From: Octopus sinensis
Taxonomy: Eukaryota
Assembly (NCBI RefSeq): GCF_006345805.1
Contig: NC_043006.1
Location: forward strand, 56,916,001 to 56,980,000
DNA length: 64,000 nt
Direction: 5' to 3'
The notes under the pieces are model-generated. The model did no database searches, was not told the origin of the DNA, and was given only the letters and a program-made list of their open reading frames with translations. Shown piece after piece: positions 29,375-41,269 of the stretch (its first letter is position 1; every line of letters begins with the position of its first letter). A program made the position numbers and the translations under genes.

Positions 29375-30457
29375 TAAAGGAATTTTGTTAATTCGTCGTT
29401 CAACTCCATTCTTTCATTTATTTGTATTTATAAAAACACACATATTTCCACACGAAAGCACGTGATCTCTGCCCTAGGCATGTAGCTTCAACCGTGTTTT
29501 TCTGACGTGAATTTGCTACCCAGGTATCGGTTAACCGAATTATCCATAATAAGATAATTCATTCAACTACTCAAATATATATATATATATATATATATAT
29601 TTAAAATTTATAAGTTTAAATTATTTAAATAATTTTTAAAATTTTAACTTTAATTCAAATATTTTAATTTGGAATGTTATATTTTTTATATTTTATATTT
29701 TTTTTTTAATTAATTTTATTTCTATGTATTGGCTTATGATTTTCACTGTTTGATTTGCCTAATAGTGATTTTATCTCTAATATAATATAATATATATATA
29801 TGTATATATGTGTCCTGTACCCATATATGCATGTATATATACATGTAGAGGTAGGTACGTACATATATGTATGTATATATGCATATATTTTATTTATTTA
29901 TTAATTTATTATATGACAGAACGCACGCATCGCTTTCTAAGTAAGATTGTTCTTAATATTAATTGATGCGCACTCTTAACCTTTCTCTCCCCTACCTTTC
30001 TCAGCCTTCATTATTTGGGCTTTCCTTTTCTTCCACCTACTGTCTCTCTCTCCCTCTCTCTCTCTCTCTCATTCTTCATTCTTTTCTTTTTCTCTACCAC
30101 CATTCCCCTTCTTTTCTCTTTTCTCTCTTCTTTTCTCCCCCCTTCTCTTACTCCTCCTCCTCCCTCCCGTCGCGGTCACGTGATGAGATGGCTATTTCTG
30201 TTTTTTCTTTCTTGAACTCCGTCAAGTAGAGACGTTAACCTGTTCTCTCTCGCGTCTCAAACAATAGCGTTAGTAAAATTTTTTTATCTCGTTTGGCTTA
30301 ACAGCCCTTCTTGTTTGTGCTACTGTTATTCTCCGTGTCCTGTCTTTTACTGTTTATATTTTGTACTGTCGTTACTATCCTGTTTTTGTTACCTCCGCAA
30401 AAAAACCTCAAATTTTATTTAATTTGATTTTCGCGGGAAGGAAAATTTCATTGAAGA

Positions 30458-30518
30458 CATGTATCGCCTTGACCTTCGAAACGTGGAGTAGATGAAATTA
30501 AGGCGACTGAAGAAGGGG
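30458..30518 (+). ncRNA. Candidate non-circularly permuted hammerhead ribozyme
   Basis: CAUGU-A-UCGCCUU | CUUC-GAAA-CGUG | AAGGCGA-CUGAAGA-A-GGGG. Stem I is 7 bp, stem III 5 bp, stem II 4 bp with two G-U pairs. Confidence 0.6.
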
Positions 30519-30723
30519 AATTTTCCTTGTTTTGTATGTCCTGTACTCTATTTTTCGTTGTTTTAAAAAAATGTCCATTTCCTTGGCTTTGTGTTTATGT
30601 TTTCGTTTCTCATTATGTTCGACGTTTTTTTGGTGTCCTGCACCCATATATGCATGTATATATACATGTAGAGGTAGGTACGTACATATATGTATGTGTA
30701 TATGCATATATTTTATTTATTTA

Positions 30724-30757
<34 letters not shown>

Positions 30758-31150
30758 ATTTTTTTGTATTTATATTTGTGTCACATTGTCCGTTTTTACC
30801 ATCCTTGTTTTTGTATATATTTTTCGTTGTTTTAAAAAATGTCCATTTCCTTGGCTTTGTGTTTATGTTTTCGTTTCTCATTATGTTCGACGTTTTTTTG
30901 GTGTCCTGCACCCATATATGCATGTATATATACATGTAGAGGTAGGTACGTACATATATGTATGTGTATATGCATATATTTTATTTATTTATTAATATAT
31001 ATATATATATATATATTGTATTTTTTTGTATTTATATTTGTGTCACATTGTCCGTTTTTACCATCCTTGTTTTTGTATATATTTGCTGCTTTCTTCCAAG
31101 GAATCTAATGCTCTTAGCTTAGTTTTTTCCTTGGGGCCGGCCAGGTTGGA

Positions 31151-31223
31151 GCAATCTCAAGAATAATCAGCCGAAATTGCGAGGATAATCTGGAGTTGAC
31201 TGAGGAAAGAAAACTTCGAATGA
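31151..31223 (+). ncRNA. Candidate non-circularly permuted hammerhead, second family
   Basis: GCAAU-C-UCAA | AGCC-GAAA-UUGC | UUGA-CUGAGGA. Stem II pairing is poor in this copy. Confidence 0.5.
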
Positions 31224-31360
31224 CTCGTCCTTGTTTTCATTGTATCTTCTATCTGGATGTTTTGTTGTCCATTTTTGTATCACCTAGCTGTCCGGATGTT
31301 TTGCGTTTTTGTCCCATTTTGTATTATATATATATAATATATATTATATATATATTGAAA

Positions 31361-31458
31361 AGAATAAGAATAAGAACCGGGCTTAAAAGAAAATAGTACT
31401 GGGCTCGAGACCTAAAAAATATTTCAATGCCGTGCACCAGCATGGCCATAGTAAAAGG

Positions 31459-31513
<55 letters not shown>

Positions 31514-31608
31514 TGCCTTTTACTATGGCCATGCTGGTGCACGGCATTGAAATATTTTTTAGGTCTCGAGCCCAGTACTATTTTCTTTTAAGCCCGGTTC
31601 TTATTCTT
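31361..31608. repeat. Perfect inverted repeat centred on (TA)n
   Basis: AGAATAAGAACCGGGCTT...GGCCATAGTAAAAGGCAA (TA)n TTGCCTTTTACTATGGCC...AAGCCCGGTTCTTATTCT. The arm resembles the SINE 3' tail. Confidence 0.9.
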
Positions 31609-32104
31609 TTCAATTTTTTGTCGAACTGCTAAGTTACGTGGTAGTAAACGCACCAACACTGGTTCTCAAGCGGTGTTGGAGAACAAACACAGACACAAAG
31701 ACACTGACAGTTGACACGAGTTCGCTTCGATATGGCAAGAAAAGTGTAGGGGTCTTGTTTTCATCCAACACCTTCTGTATTTTTCAAGGAACAGGACATC
31801 TTTATTAAACTGATCATCACTGTTGATTCCTTCCCGTCTTCATGTTTGACCGACCGTGCATTGGCTCCAGCGAAACCTCATTGGGGATTTCTCCAGATGG
31901 GTCAATCACCTCCAAAAGATTCCCAGATGGCTTGCTTTCATCTGCCGACTCACTTTCAGCAGCTTTTTCCGCAATGCCGTCACCATCTGAGCCTTCAGTA
32001 TTGTTTGCACGCTTGTCCCCTTTCGGTGGAATGAGGTTCTTAATGACTCGCTGAATGTTGAATGCTAAAATGTTGAATGCTCACCCGCATGAATATTGAC
32101 TACA

Positions 32105-32360
32105 GTTCCGGAAACTGAAAGAAGCCCATCGTATATATGTATATATATGTTTGTGTTTCTGTGTTTGTCCCCCCCCCCCAATATCGCTTGACAACCGATA
32201 GTAGAGTGTTTACGTCCTCGTAAATTAGCGGTTCGGCAAAACAGACCGAAAGAATAAGTACTAGGCTTCTAAAGAATAAGTCCTGGGGTCGATTTGCTCG
32301 ATTGAAGGCGGTGCTCCAGCATGGCCGCAGTCAAATGACTGAAACAAGTAAACGAGTACA
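32105..32360 (+). mobile_element. SINE family A, 3' two-thirds with an internal microsatellite
   Basis: GGAAACTGAAAGAAGCCC, then microsatellite, then TTAGCGGTTCGGC...GGCGGTGCTCCAGCATGGCCGCAGTCAAATGACTGAAAC. Confidence 0.8.
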
Positions 32361-32435
32361 TGTACTGTGGATAAGTATTTTCTTCCATACGTTCCAGGTA
32401 TTCTTCCCATTCCTGTCATCTATTTTATTATTATT

Positions 32436-32992
32436 GAGTGAGAGAGCAGTGCATGCCATCAAAGTGACACTGGGGTAAAATATACGAAGCCCAATATACC
32501 CATCATGACTACCCGTTTGATAAGGGTACACCAGGCACATGCATCACAACCATATGTGCGTGACATGGTGATCTCATATCAAGATAAACAGCACATGACC
32601 TTGCAGGTGGGGCCCAGTTAGAATTTTCTTCAGGTTGAGTAGCCCATCCCGCTCAAACGGTCCCTGAATAAGGATTGTTTAAGGATGTTGAAAAAAACCA
32701 CCCATGTTTCCAGAGGTGAATTATTCAAACCCCAAAGAATTCCTCTCAGCACATGGCTATGATGCTTCCCCACTACTTCTGCTCGTGATCAGAGATGCAC
32801 ATATCGTCAGCCACTAAGGGACATGCTCAACTGGTTACGGTCAAACAAATGACAAGCAAATCTGTGGTATTGAGCAGAATATTTTCTGTAGCCCATCTTT
32901 TATACCAAGACAAAATATTGTACATGATAACACTTCCAATCAGTTGAGATCAGAAGCCACGAGAGCCACTGCTTGATACTGCATCAGGGCAT
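32436..32992 (-). mobile_element. ~555-bp non-autonomous repeat embedded in (TTA)n
   Basis: Reverse-complement homolog of 38899-39455. (TTA)n lies on both sides. Confidence 0.8.
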
Positions 32993-33021
32993 TTATTATT
33001 ATTATATTATTATTATTATTA

Positions 33022-33057
<36 letters not shown>

Positions 33058-33675
33058 CATTATTATTATTATTATTATCATTATTATTATTATCTTGTCA
33101 TGCTGATTCACAATTTGTATCAGTCAAAATAATTATGAATTCCACAGAGTTTGTTCTTTTTGTATTAGTAACGGGAGTCAGTTTAATCGACTTCCCACTA
33201 CCCTTTAAATTGCTGGCCTTGTACCTAAGCATCGGGCAACGTACCTTGCAGCATAGAGTTATGGCCCATTACGTTCTGAGTTCAATCCCAGCTGTTGTAT
33301 CAAATATGAATAGATTGCAATAAAATTTCATTGGAGACAGATTAGTAAAATTTAATAAGGGAAGAAGGTTGGAATAAAAGCGGGGTTGGGGTAGAATCTT
33401 AAAAATTAATAAGCGGGGCGGGGCTCTGAAAACTTAATAAGCGTGAAGGCTGGAATAAAAGCGGTGGTGGGTCGGAAAAAGTATGAAAAATTGAGTGAAA
33501 ATTTTTAAATTTGGTATATAGATGTAATTTTTCACGCCGAATTTGATGTTGTCATACACTTGTCCCAGAAAAACTTTAGAAAAATGTTACAGGGGTTTAT
33601 AGTTTGTACTCTGTGGTGGATGATTATTCAAAACCCCAGAGTACATACATACGTACACACATACAAACACACACA

Positions 33676-33724
<49 letters not shown>

Positions 33725-34233
33725 ACATATACACACACACGACGCAACTACTCGTATGTGTATAGATAGATAAAACTAAACATATTGATCACGACATACA
33801 CTGATTCCAAATACTTGCACACGCAAATCTACGCAACTACTTTGTCGATATTTTTGAAATTCCTCGACTCAAAATTAGAACGTGGCTTCTATTCCATTGG
33901 CAAAAAATCTAGAAAATAAACTAAATAATAAAATTGTGTTATGACATCATCAGAGCAAAGAATACACTAACTCGCTATCTTTCCACCTCTGACTAAGTTA
34001 TTAATAACAAAAAAAAAAAAAATACGGGAGACAACTTCGACCATATGCCTGATGTATTAAGGCCTTACCAGAGTATACTTTTTTTCTTTTTTTTTTTTTT
34101 TTTGCTACATACCGATGTAGTTACAGATGAACGACTAAAGAAAAATAACTAAATTTGGATTATAATTTATTCTGAAACCATAAGCAATGGTGCAAGGAGT
34201 AGTTTTACTTTGTTGTTGAAGATGCAGTATCAG

Positions 34234-34264
<31 letters not shown>

Positions 34265-34739
34265 TAATAATAATAATACTGAATAACAACATGGATGTTC
34301 CCTGGGAGCCTCTCTCCAAAAAACGAATTTAATCCAACAAATCTTTTCCAAATTTTCTTTTAAGGCAAAATAACTAAAAAGTCCGAACTATTATTGCCAT
34401 ATATAGTATGGTTTTCTTTCTTTTATGCATAATATTTCCATGTGACATGCATAAGAAATAGAAGCGAACATCAGAGCTCTTGAAAGACAGTAAGTACATA
34501 AATTGGTTAATTAATTAATTAATTAAATAAGTATACATGCAACTGCTTATGCATACACGTACACATTTTAATTATAAAGTATACATGCAACTGTTTGTGC
34601 ATACATGTACACATTTTAATTATAAAGCATAAATAATGCTTACACGCGCTCACACGTACACACAGAAAGAAAAACCACGTTACGCGAACGAAAACAAAAC
34701 AAAAACAAAGCGATTTTTCACGAACAAACGCAAAAAAGA

Positions 34740-37700
34740 GAAAATTGGTCACTGAATTTAGAAAGTCACTACACAGTTATGCCCGGAAACATGACTACCA
34801 AAAGAAATAGAGGCGAATTTCGATCTGTAAGTCTTATGCGAGTTCGATATGAACAATATATTAATTCGGAGAATTCAGAAGCGGTGTTTTGTCAAAAAAT
34901 TGACCCTGTCACCGTCACAGAAGCGGCGTCTTGTCAAAAAGTTGACTCTGAAAAAATGGACCCCTCTGATGTCGCCGTCAATCATTTAATGAAAACAAGC
35001 CAAAAATCATGCCGGATCGGTCATCGCCCGGGACAACAAGGACCGCGTTACCCAGTAGGGAACCAGACTGGGGTCGAAAAGTTTGCTGCTGGAACAAACT
35101 CTCAAAAAGACGATCTACCAGGTGACCAGAACCAGAATACTTCTAACTCTGGACTTGTAGTGACACCACCAAAAACACCACCTAAAGCAAAACGTATAAA
35201 ATGGACCAGAGAGGACTATAGAGATGTGTTGAAAGCTTTTTATACAGCCCAACTAAACCCAAACAATAACCTCAGTGTACAAACATACATCTCATGGAGA
35301 AATTCAGTAGGCGATGACGTACGTAGATATATAGACGCAAATAAATTAAGTAATGTACGCAGAGATATAATTAAAAACAAAAGACTAACTGACGCTGAAA
35401 TTGACAAAATTAGGACACTAATAGCTCATGGTAGACCAAAAGAAAACAGCAACAATGTAGAAGAAATAGGTAACAGTAGCACAGAAGCCAGTGTACAAGC
35501 GGCAAATCAACTTCCCAATGGGGAAGTTAAACAAAGAATAGCGAAGACGAGAGATTTGAAAAAAGAGGAGAACGTAGACCTTCCTCAAGAAAACCAAAAT
35601 AGATATGACAGAATTTGAGGTGAATAATAGAGAAAAGATTATGGAAGCAAAAGTGGACATTATGAGAGAACTCGGCAAGATTGAGCTCACTGACATGGTT
35701 AATAGAGAACCACTACCAAAGTTTTCAAATGGCACAAGAAATAACAACACAATCATGACATATAACGTTGCCCTAGGACAGATCTTAAGAAATAAGGGGA
35801 ATGATTTGACAACCTTAAATAATCTCATTTATTCCACTGCTAAAGTAGTAACTACCCAACTAGGTATTAAGATGACAAAGAAAAAGGCCAGGCATGTCAA
35901 TGAACCTCCTAAGTGGAAAGTAGCGATACAAAAAGAGATTGAATCTCTGCGGGCGGATGTTTCAGTTCTCGATGAGCTTGCTAGAGGAGTGAATATTAAG
36001 CCGAGAAAAGCTAGAAAAATCAAGCAAAAATATAAAATCAAAGATCTCATAAACAACGGATACAGTTGAAAGCTCAACGGCTTAGAAGGTATGACAAAAG
36101 AAACAAATTTTATCGACAAAATAAATTTTTTAAGACAGATGCAAAGAAATTTTATAGGGAAATTGGCAAAAATAAAATACACATAGAAGATCCACCTAAG
36201 ATTGAGGAAGTGGAGGAGTTCTGGAAGAAGGTATGGAGCAACGAAAAAGAGTTTAATGCTGAGGCTGACTGGATAGAACGTGAGAAAGAGAAACTGGATG
36301 AACTTGAAGAACAGAAATGGGAAGTAATAGGAATAGAGGAGCTAAGGTGTGTCCTTAGGAAGGCTCATAAATGGAAAACCCCAGGACTGGATCGGATCCC
36401 TAACTTCTGGCTGAATTGTTTGACAGAGGTACACGAACATCTCGCTGCATCTCTGTCTGATGTCATTCAGAAGCCAGAGCAAATACCTGCTTGGCTGACT
36501 GAAGGAACCACCTACCTATTACCTAAAACCGAAGACACAAAAAACCCAAAGAATTACCGGCCAATAACATGTCTCAACACCACCTACAAAATCCTCACAT
36601 CCATAATAACGGAGAGAATGTACGCTTTCCTTGAACAAAATTCTATCCTTCCACAAGCTCAAAAAGGTTGTAAAAGAAACTCTTATGGGTGCAAAGACCA
36701 ATTGCTCATAAACAGAATGATTGTAGAGAATTGCCAGAGCAAAAACAAAAACCTGAGTATGGCATGGATAGACTACAGGAAAGCGTATGACAGTGTCCCA
36801 CATAAATGGATACTCAAGGCCCTTGAGATATACAAGATCTCCCCTGTCGTCTCAAAATTCTTAGAGAATAGCATGACCATGTGGAACACACGTCTCTTTC
36901 TAAGCCATAGTAATGGGATGTGCCAGTCCAACAGCATCAACATCAAACGAGGCATCTTTCAAGGTGACTCCCTCTCTCCATTACTTTTTTGCATGGCACT
37001 GATCCCACTCTCAAACGAATTGGATAGTGCCAGATATGGGTACAAAGTTTTTAGCAAGTTAATAAACCACCTTTTTTATATGGACGATCTAAAGCTGTTT
37101 GCCAAGAATGACCAAGAGCTAGAAGGGCTACTAACAACTGTTAAAGAGTTTAGCAATGATATCGGAATGGAGTTTGGCCTTGATAAGTGTGCTAAAGCAA
37201 CTTTTGTAAGAGGCAAGCTCAGGCAAACAGCTTCTGTTAAATTAGATATTGACACTACCATCAAGGAACTTGACCCACAAGAAAGTTACAAATACCTAGG
37301 AATCAACGAAGGAGATGGTATACATCATGCTACTATGAAGGAAAAAATAAGAAAGGAGTACTATAGGAGAATAAGGCTTGTACTGAAGACTGAACTCAAC
37401 TCCAAAAATTGCATTGAGGCCATTAACACCCTGGCACTTCCAGTAGTCCAGTACAGTTTTAACATCATTAACTGGAACCTTACGGAACTCCAACGCTTGG
37501 ACAGGAAGACAAGAAAGTTACTGACATCCAGGAGCATGCACCACCCTAAGGCAGATGTAGACCGCTTGTACCTACCTAGAAGCAGCGGGGGAGAGGAATG
37601 ATGCAATTAGAGCTGTGCTATAAGACCTCTACTGTAGGAATGAACAGGTACCTATCTAGTACAAAAGACTGGATGCTGCGACTTGTGTGTGAACACGAAA

Positions 37701-38783
37701 GCAGCAAAAAGCTGCATTCTATTGTCAAGGAAGCTTATAAGTTCGAAAGGGAACTAGGCATTAACCTTGAATCAGGTGAAGAGCCAGAAACCACTGCTAC
37801 CAAGCAAGCAAAGCGAATCAGGCAGACTGCAAAAAAGAATGGGCAGAATCAAATTGAGAGGCGGTGGAGCCAGAAGCCCCTGCATGGACAATAAATTCTC
37901 CGAAGCCAAAATGCTGATGTAGACCAAGCAACAACCCATCAGTGGCTGAAGAGTTCTGGATTGAAAGCAGAGACTGAAGGCTTCATAATGGCAGCACAAG
38001 ATCAAAGCTTGTTTACCAGAAATTACCAGGCTAACGTTCTCCGAAACGGTACTGACCCTAAATGCAGATTCTGTGACACATTTGACGAAACAATAGACCA
38101 TCTCGTTTCGGGATGTCCTGTGCTGACACCAAACGAATACAAAAATCGCCACGATAGGGTAGGACAGTATATACATTGGAAGATATGTAAACACTACAAA
38201 TCCGACACTCCTGCTAACTGGTATGAACACCATCCTCAGCCAGTTGTTGAAGGTAAAGATGTCACCATCCTCTGGGATTTTCCAGTCAACACTGACAGAA
38301 CGATCAAGGCTAATCGACCAGACATAATTGTTAAAGACAGGGAAGAAAATACCTGCAGACTAATAGAAGTAAGCGTCCCCACTGATAAAAATGTATCTGT
38401 CAAGGACTTTGACAAACTTAGTAAATATAAGGACCTGGAAATCGAAATACAGAGGATGTGGAATCTTAAAACAAAAACTGTTCCTGTTATTGTGGGTGCC
38501 CTAGGTATGATAAAAAAGGGATGTCAGAAACACCTAGACAATATCCCTGGAAAACCATGTCTCAAGGAAATCCAAAAGATTGTGCTAACAAGTACTGCCC
38601 ACATCCTTAGAAAAACCCTATCAATGTAAATGTTTGTGTTTGTATTACATGGAGATATTTCTCTACTTCCCCTCCCCAAGCTTTCAGCTATATTTCAACA
38701 ACTCTTAACCTTCACTTGCCCTAGGGCGCTGGGTGTGCCCCGGCAGGTGATTGCATCAAACATGCAGATTAAAAGTAAATGAC

Positions 38784-38825
<42 letters not shown>
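34740..38825 (+). mobile_element. Near-full-length R4/Dong-type non-LTR retrotransposon (RT plus restriction-like endonuclease), inactivated
   Basis: RT motifs WKTPGLDRI, NYRPITCL, WIDYRKAYDSVPH, GIFQGDSLSPLLF, YMDDLKLF, YKYLG. C-terminal CRFC..ETIDHLVSGC zinc knuckle, RHD, NRPDIIV..IEV and K..KY RLE motifs. (TAA)n tail at 38784-38825. Three frameshifts and one stop. The 5' boundary is uncertain. Confidence 0.9.
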
Positions 38826-38898
38826 TTTGTCTTGGTATAAAAGATGGGCTACAGCAAATATTCTGCTCAATACCACAGGTTTGCTTGTCAGTTGTTTG

Positions 38899-39455
38899 AA
38901 TGCCCTGATGCAGTACCAGGCAGTGGCTCTCATGGCTTCTGATCTTAACTGACTGGAAGTGTTATCATGTACATTGTTTTGTCTTGGTATAAAAGATGGG
39001 CTACAGCAAATATTCTGCTCAATACCACAGGTTTGCTTGTCAGTTGTTTGACCTTAACCAGTTGAGCATGTCCCTTAGTGGCTGACGATATGTGCATCTC
39101 TGATCACGAGCAGAAGTAGTGGGGGAGCATCATGGCCATGTGTTGAGAGGGATTCTTTGGAGTTTGAATGGTTCACCTCTGGAAACATAGGTGTTTCGTT
39201 CAACATCCTAAAGCAACCCTTATTCAGGGACCGTTTGAGCAGGATGGGCTACTCAACCTGAAGAAAATTCTAACTGGGCCCCACCTGCAAGGTCATGTGT
39301 TGTTTATCTTGATATGAGATCACCATGTCGCGCACATATGGTTGTGATGCATGTGCCTGGTGTACCTTTATCAGACGGGTAGTCATGATGGGTATATTGG
39401 GCTTCGTATATTTTACCCCAGTGTCACTTTGATGGCATGAACTGCTCTCTCACTC
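38899..39455 (+). mobile_element. ~555-bp non-autonomous repeat with a (TAA)n tail
   Basis: Homolog of 32436-32992. A 73-bp internal segment is duplicated at 38826-38898, directly after the LINE tail. Confidence 0.8.
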
Positions 39456-39510
<55 letters not shown>

Positions 39511-39854
39511 GAAAAACAACGCTATTATAATCATGAGACCATAAAAACAATAAAGATGAACATTTAAACAGAAGACCGCCACTCCTTCCTTTTATTGCCA
39601 CAACTTCCTTCTATTATCTTCACTACAATTACCGACACCCACACCCTCTCGACCCTAATGACATCAGCCAATCCCTGTTTCCATCACAACTATTAGTAGC
39701 ATCATTACTACTATACTATCAGCGCCACAGCAACCGTACCACCATTATCACCAGTATCACCACCATCTTCACCACCAGCAACACAAACTTCTATAGTTCT
39801 TATTGCCACAACTTCCTCTACTACTTCTTGCCCCGACTACTGCCACCTTCGCCG

Positions 39855-39918
<64 letters not shown>

Positions 39919-39919
39919 A

Positions 39920-39958
<39 letters not shown>

Positions 39959-40627
39959 GATGATCTATCTCTTCTGTTTGGTTCACACTTTATGAAATTT
40001 TAATATTAAGCGAAAATTTTCAAATTTGGTATGTTGATGTAATTTTTCACGCCATATTTGATGCTGTCATTCACTTGTCCCAGAAAATTTTTAGAAAAAT
40101 GTTACAGGTGTTTATAGTTTGATTATTTTTACTCAATCAGTGAACAGGATTTGGAATCTGGCATTTTCTGTGTGATAGCTTTTATTTCATTTTATTTTAT
40201 TTTATTTTGTAAAAAATTACAAAGAAAAGAAGAATAAACGTTAATTTACGAAAAAACGAACTGCAGTTTGTTCATGCAAACAATGCACATTTTGTTTTGC
40301 AAATACGGAAACGAAAGTTTGCGATGCACTCTAGGAGTTTGTCAAACAAATTACAATTTTCGTATCCCCAACGCCGCATAAACTCGCAGAGAAACGAGTC
40401 AGCCATAAGACGACAAGAGCGCGAGACAATCGACTAAATCAACTCTATTCGATTCAGGTAGTCATTATCGATCTTTTGACCTATGAAGTGCGAATTCAAT
40501 TCCAGAGCTATTTAAACTCAACACGTAGAACAAGGTTTTTTTTTTTCTCATCCGCTATACGATAATCATTATCAATGGATATTATAATGCTGGCTGCACG
40601 TTTGTCGAATCATAGAAATGACAGACA

Positions 40628-41047
40628 GGCGGCGGGCTGGCAGAAACGTTAGCACGCCGGGCGAAATGCTTAGCGGTATTTTGTCTGTCGCTACGTTCTG
40701 AGTTCAAATTCCGCCGGGGTCGACTTTGCCTTTTACCCTTTCGGGGTCGATTAAATAAGTACCAGTTACGCACTGGAGTCGATATGATCGACTTAATCCG
40801 CTTGTCTGTCCTTGTTTGTCCTCTCTGTGTTTAGCCCCTTGTGGGTAGTAAAGAAATAGGTATTTCGTCTGCCGCTACGTTCTGAGTTCAAATTCCGCCG
40901 AGGTCGACTTTGCCTTTCATCCTTTCGGGCTCGATTAAATAAGTACCAGTTAATCACTGGGGTCGATATAATCGACTTAATCCGTTTGTATGTCTTTGTT
41001 TGTCCCCTCTATGTCTAGTCCCTTGTGGGCAGTAAAGAAATAAGAAA
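40628..41047 (+). mobile_element. tRNA-derived SINE, family B: head plus two tandem ~184-bp bodies
   Basis: TGGCAGAAACGTTAG (A-box-like) and GAGTTCAAATTCC (B-box). The body repeats from TATTTCGTCTG. Confidence 0.85.
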
Positions 41048-41269
41048 TGACAGACAGATAAAATTATATACGATGTGTATTCCAGATGTTTTGAGACTTT
41101 TTTGTGAGAAGCAGTTACAAATGTCTAAGATTACTGTCGTTTTAGTATACCATTATTACACATCAAATAAACTGAACTGCCTGCTTTTTAATTCCAGATT
41201 GAAGGAGAGGTTTATAACAGCATTTTGAATACATCCTACTAAACACTGCATGACATAGCTGACTAGTTT

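Larger units (their letters stand above)
29126..29427. repeat. 302-bp palindrome made of two inverted HHR-bearing units
   Basis: The arms are near-perfect reverse complements. The centre is at ~29277. Confidence 0.92.
29790..31330 (+). mobile_element. Non-coding repeat element with internal partial tandem duplications (PLE-derived by inference)
   Basis: The block GTGTCCTG(C/T)ACCCATATATGCATG...GAGGTAGGTACG occurs three times (~29810, 30635, 30900). Positions 31060-31280 are homologous to the reverse complement of 52490-52700. Confidence 0.55.

Noticed and set aside
31169-31215. Ordinary type II hammerhead reading of the same motifs
   Set aside because: It would need stem I from UGGAG/UUGA or UGGAAC/UCGA, which has a G-G mismatch and an impossible loop. 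No equivalent reading exists at 30474-30518.
31151-31230. HDV-like ribozyme reading based on P4-like GAG..CTC followed by CGAATGA
   Set aside because: No G-starting P1, no P1.1 CC/GG and no consistent P2 pairing. The hammerhead register fits better.
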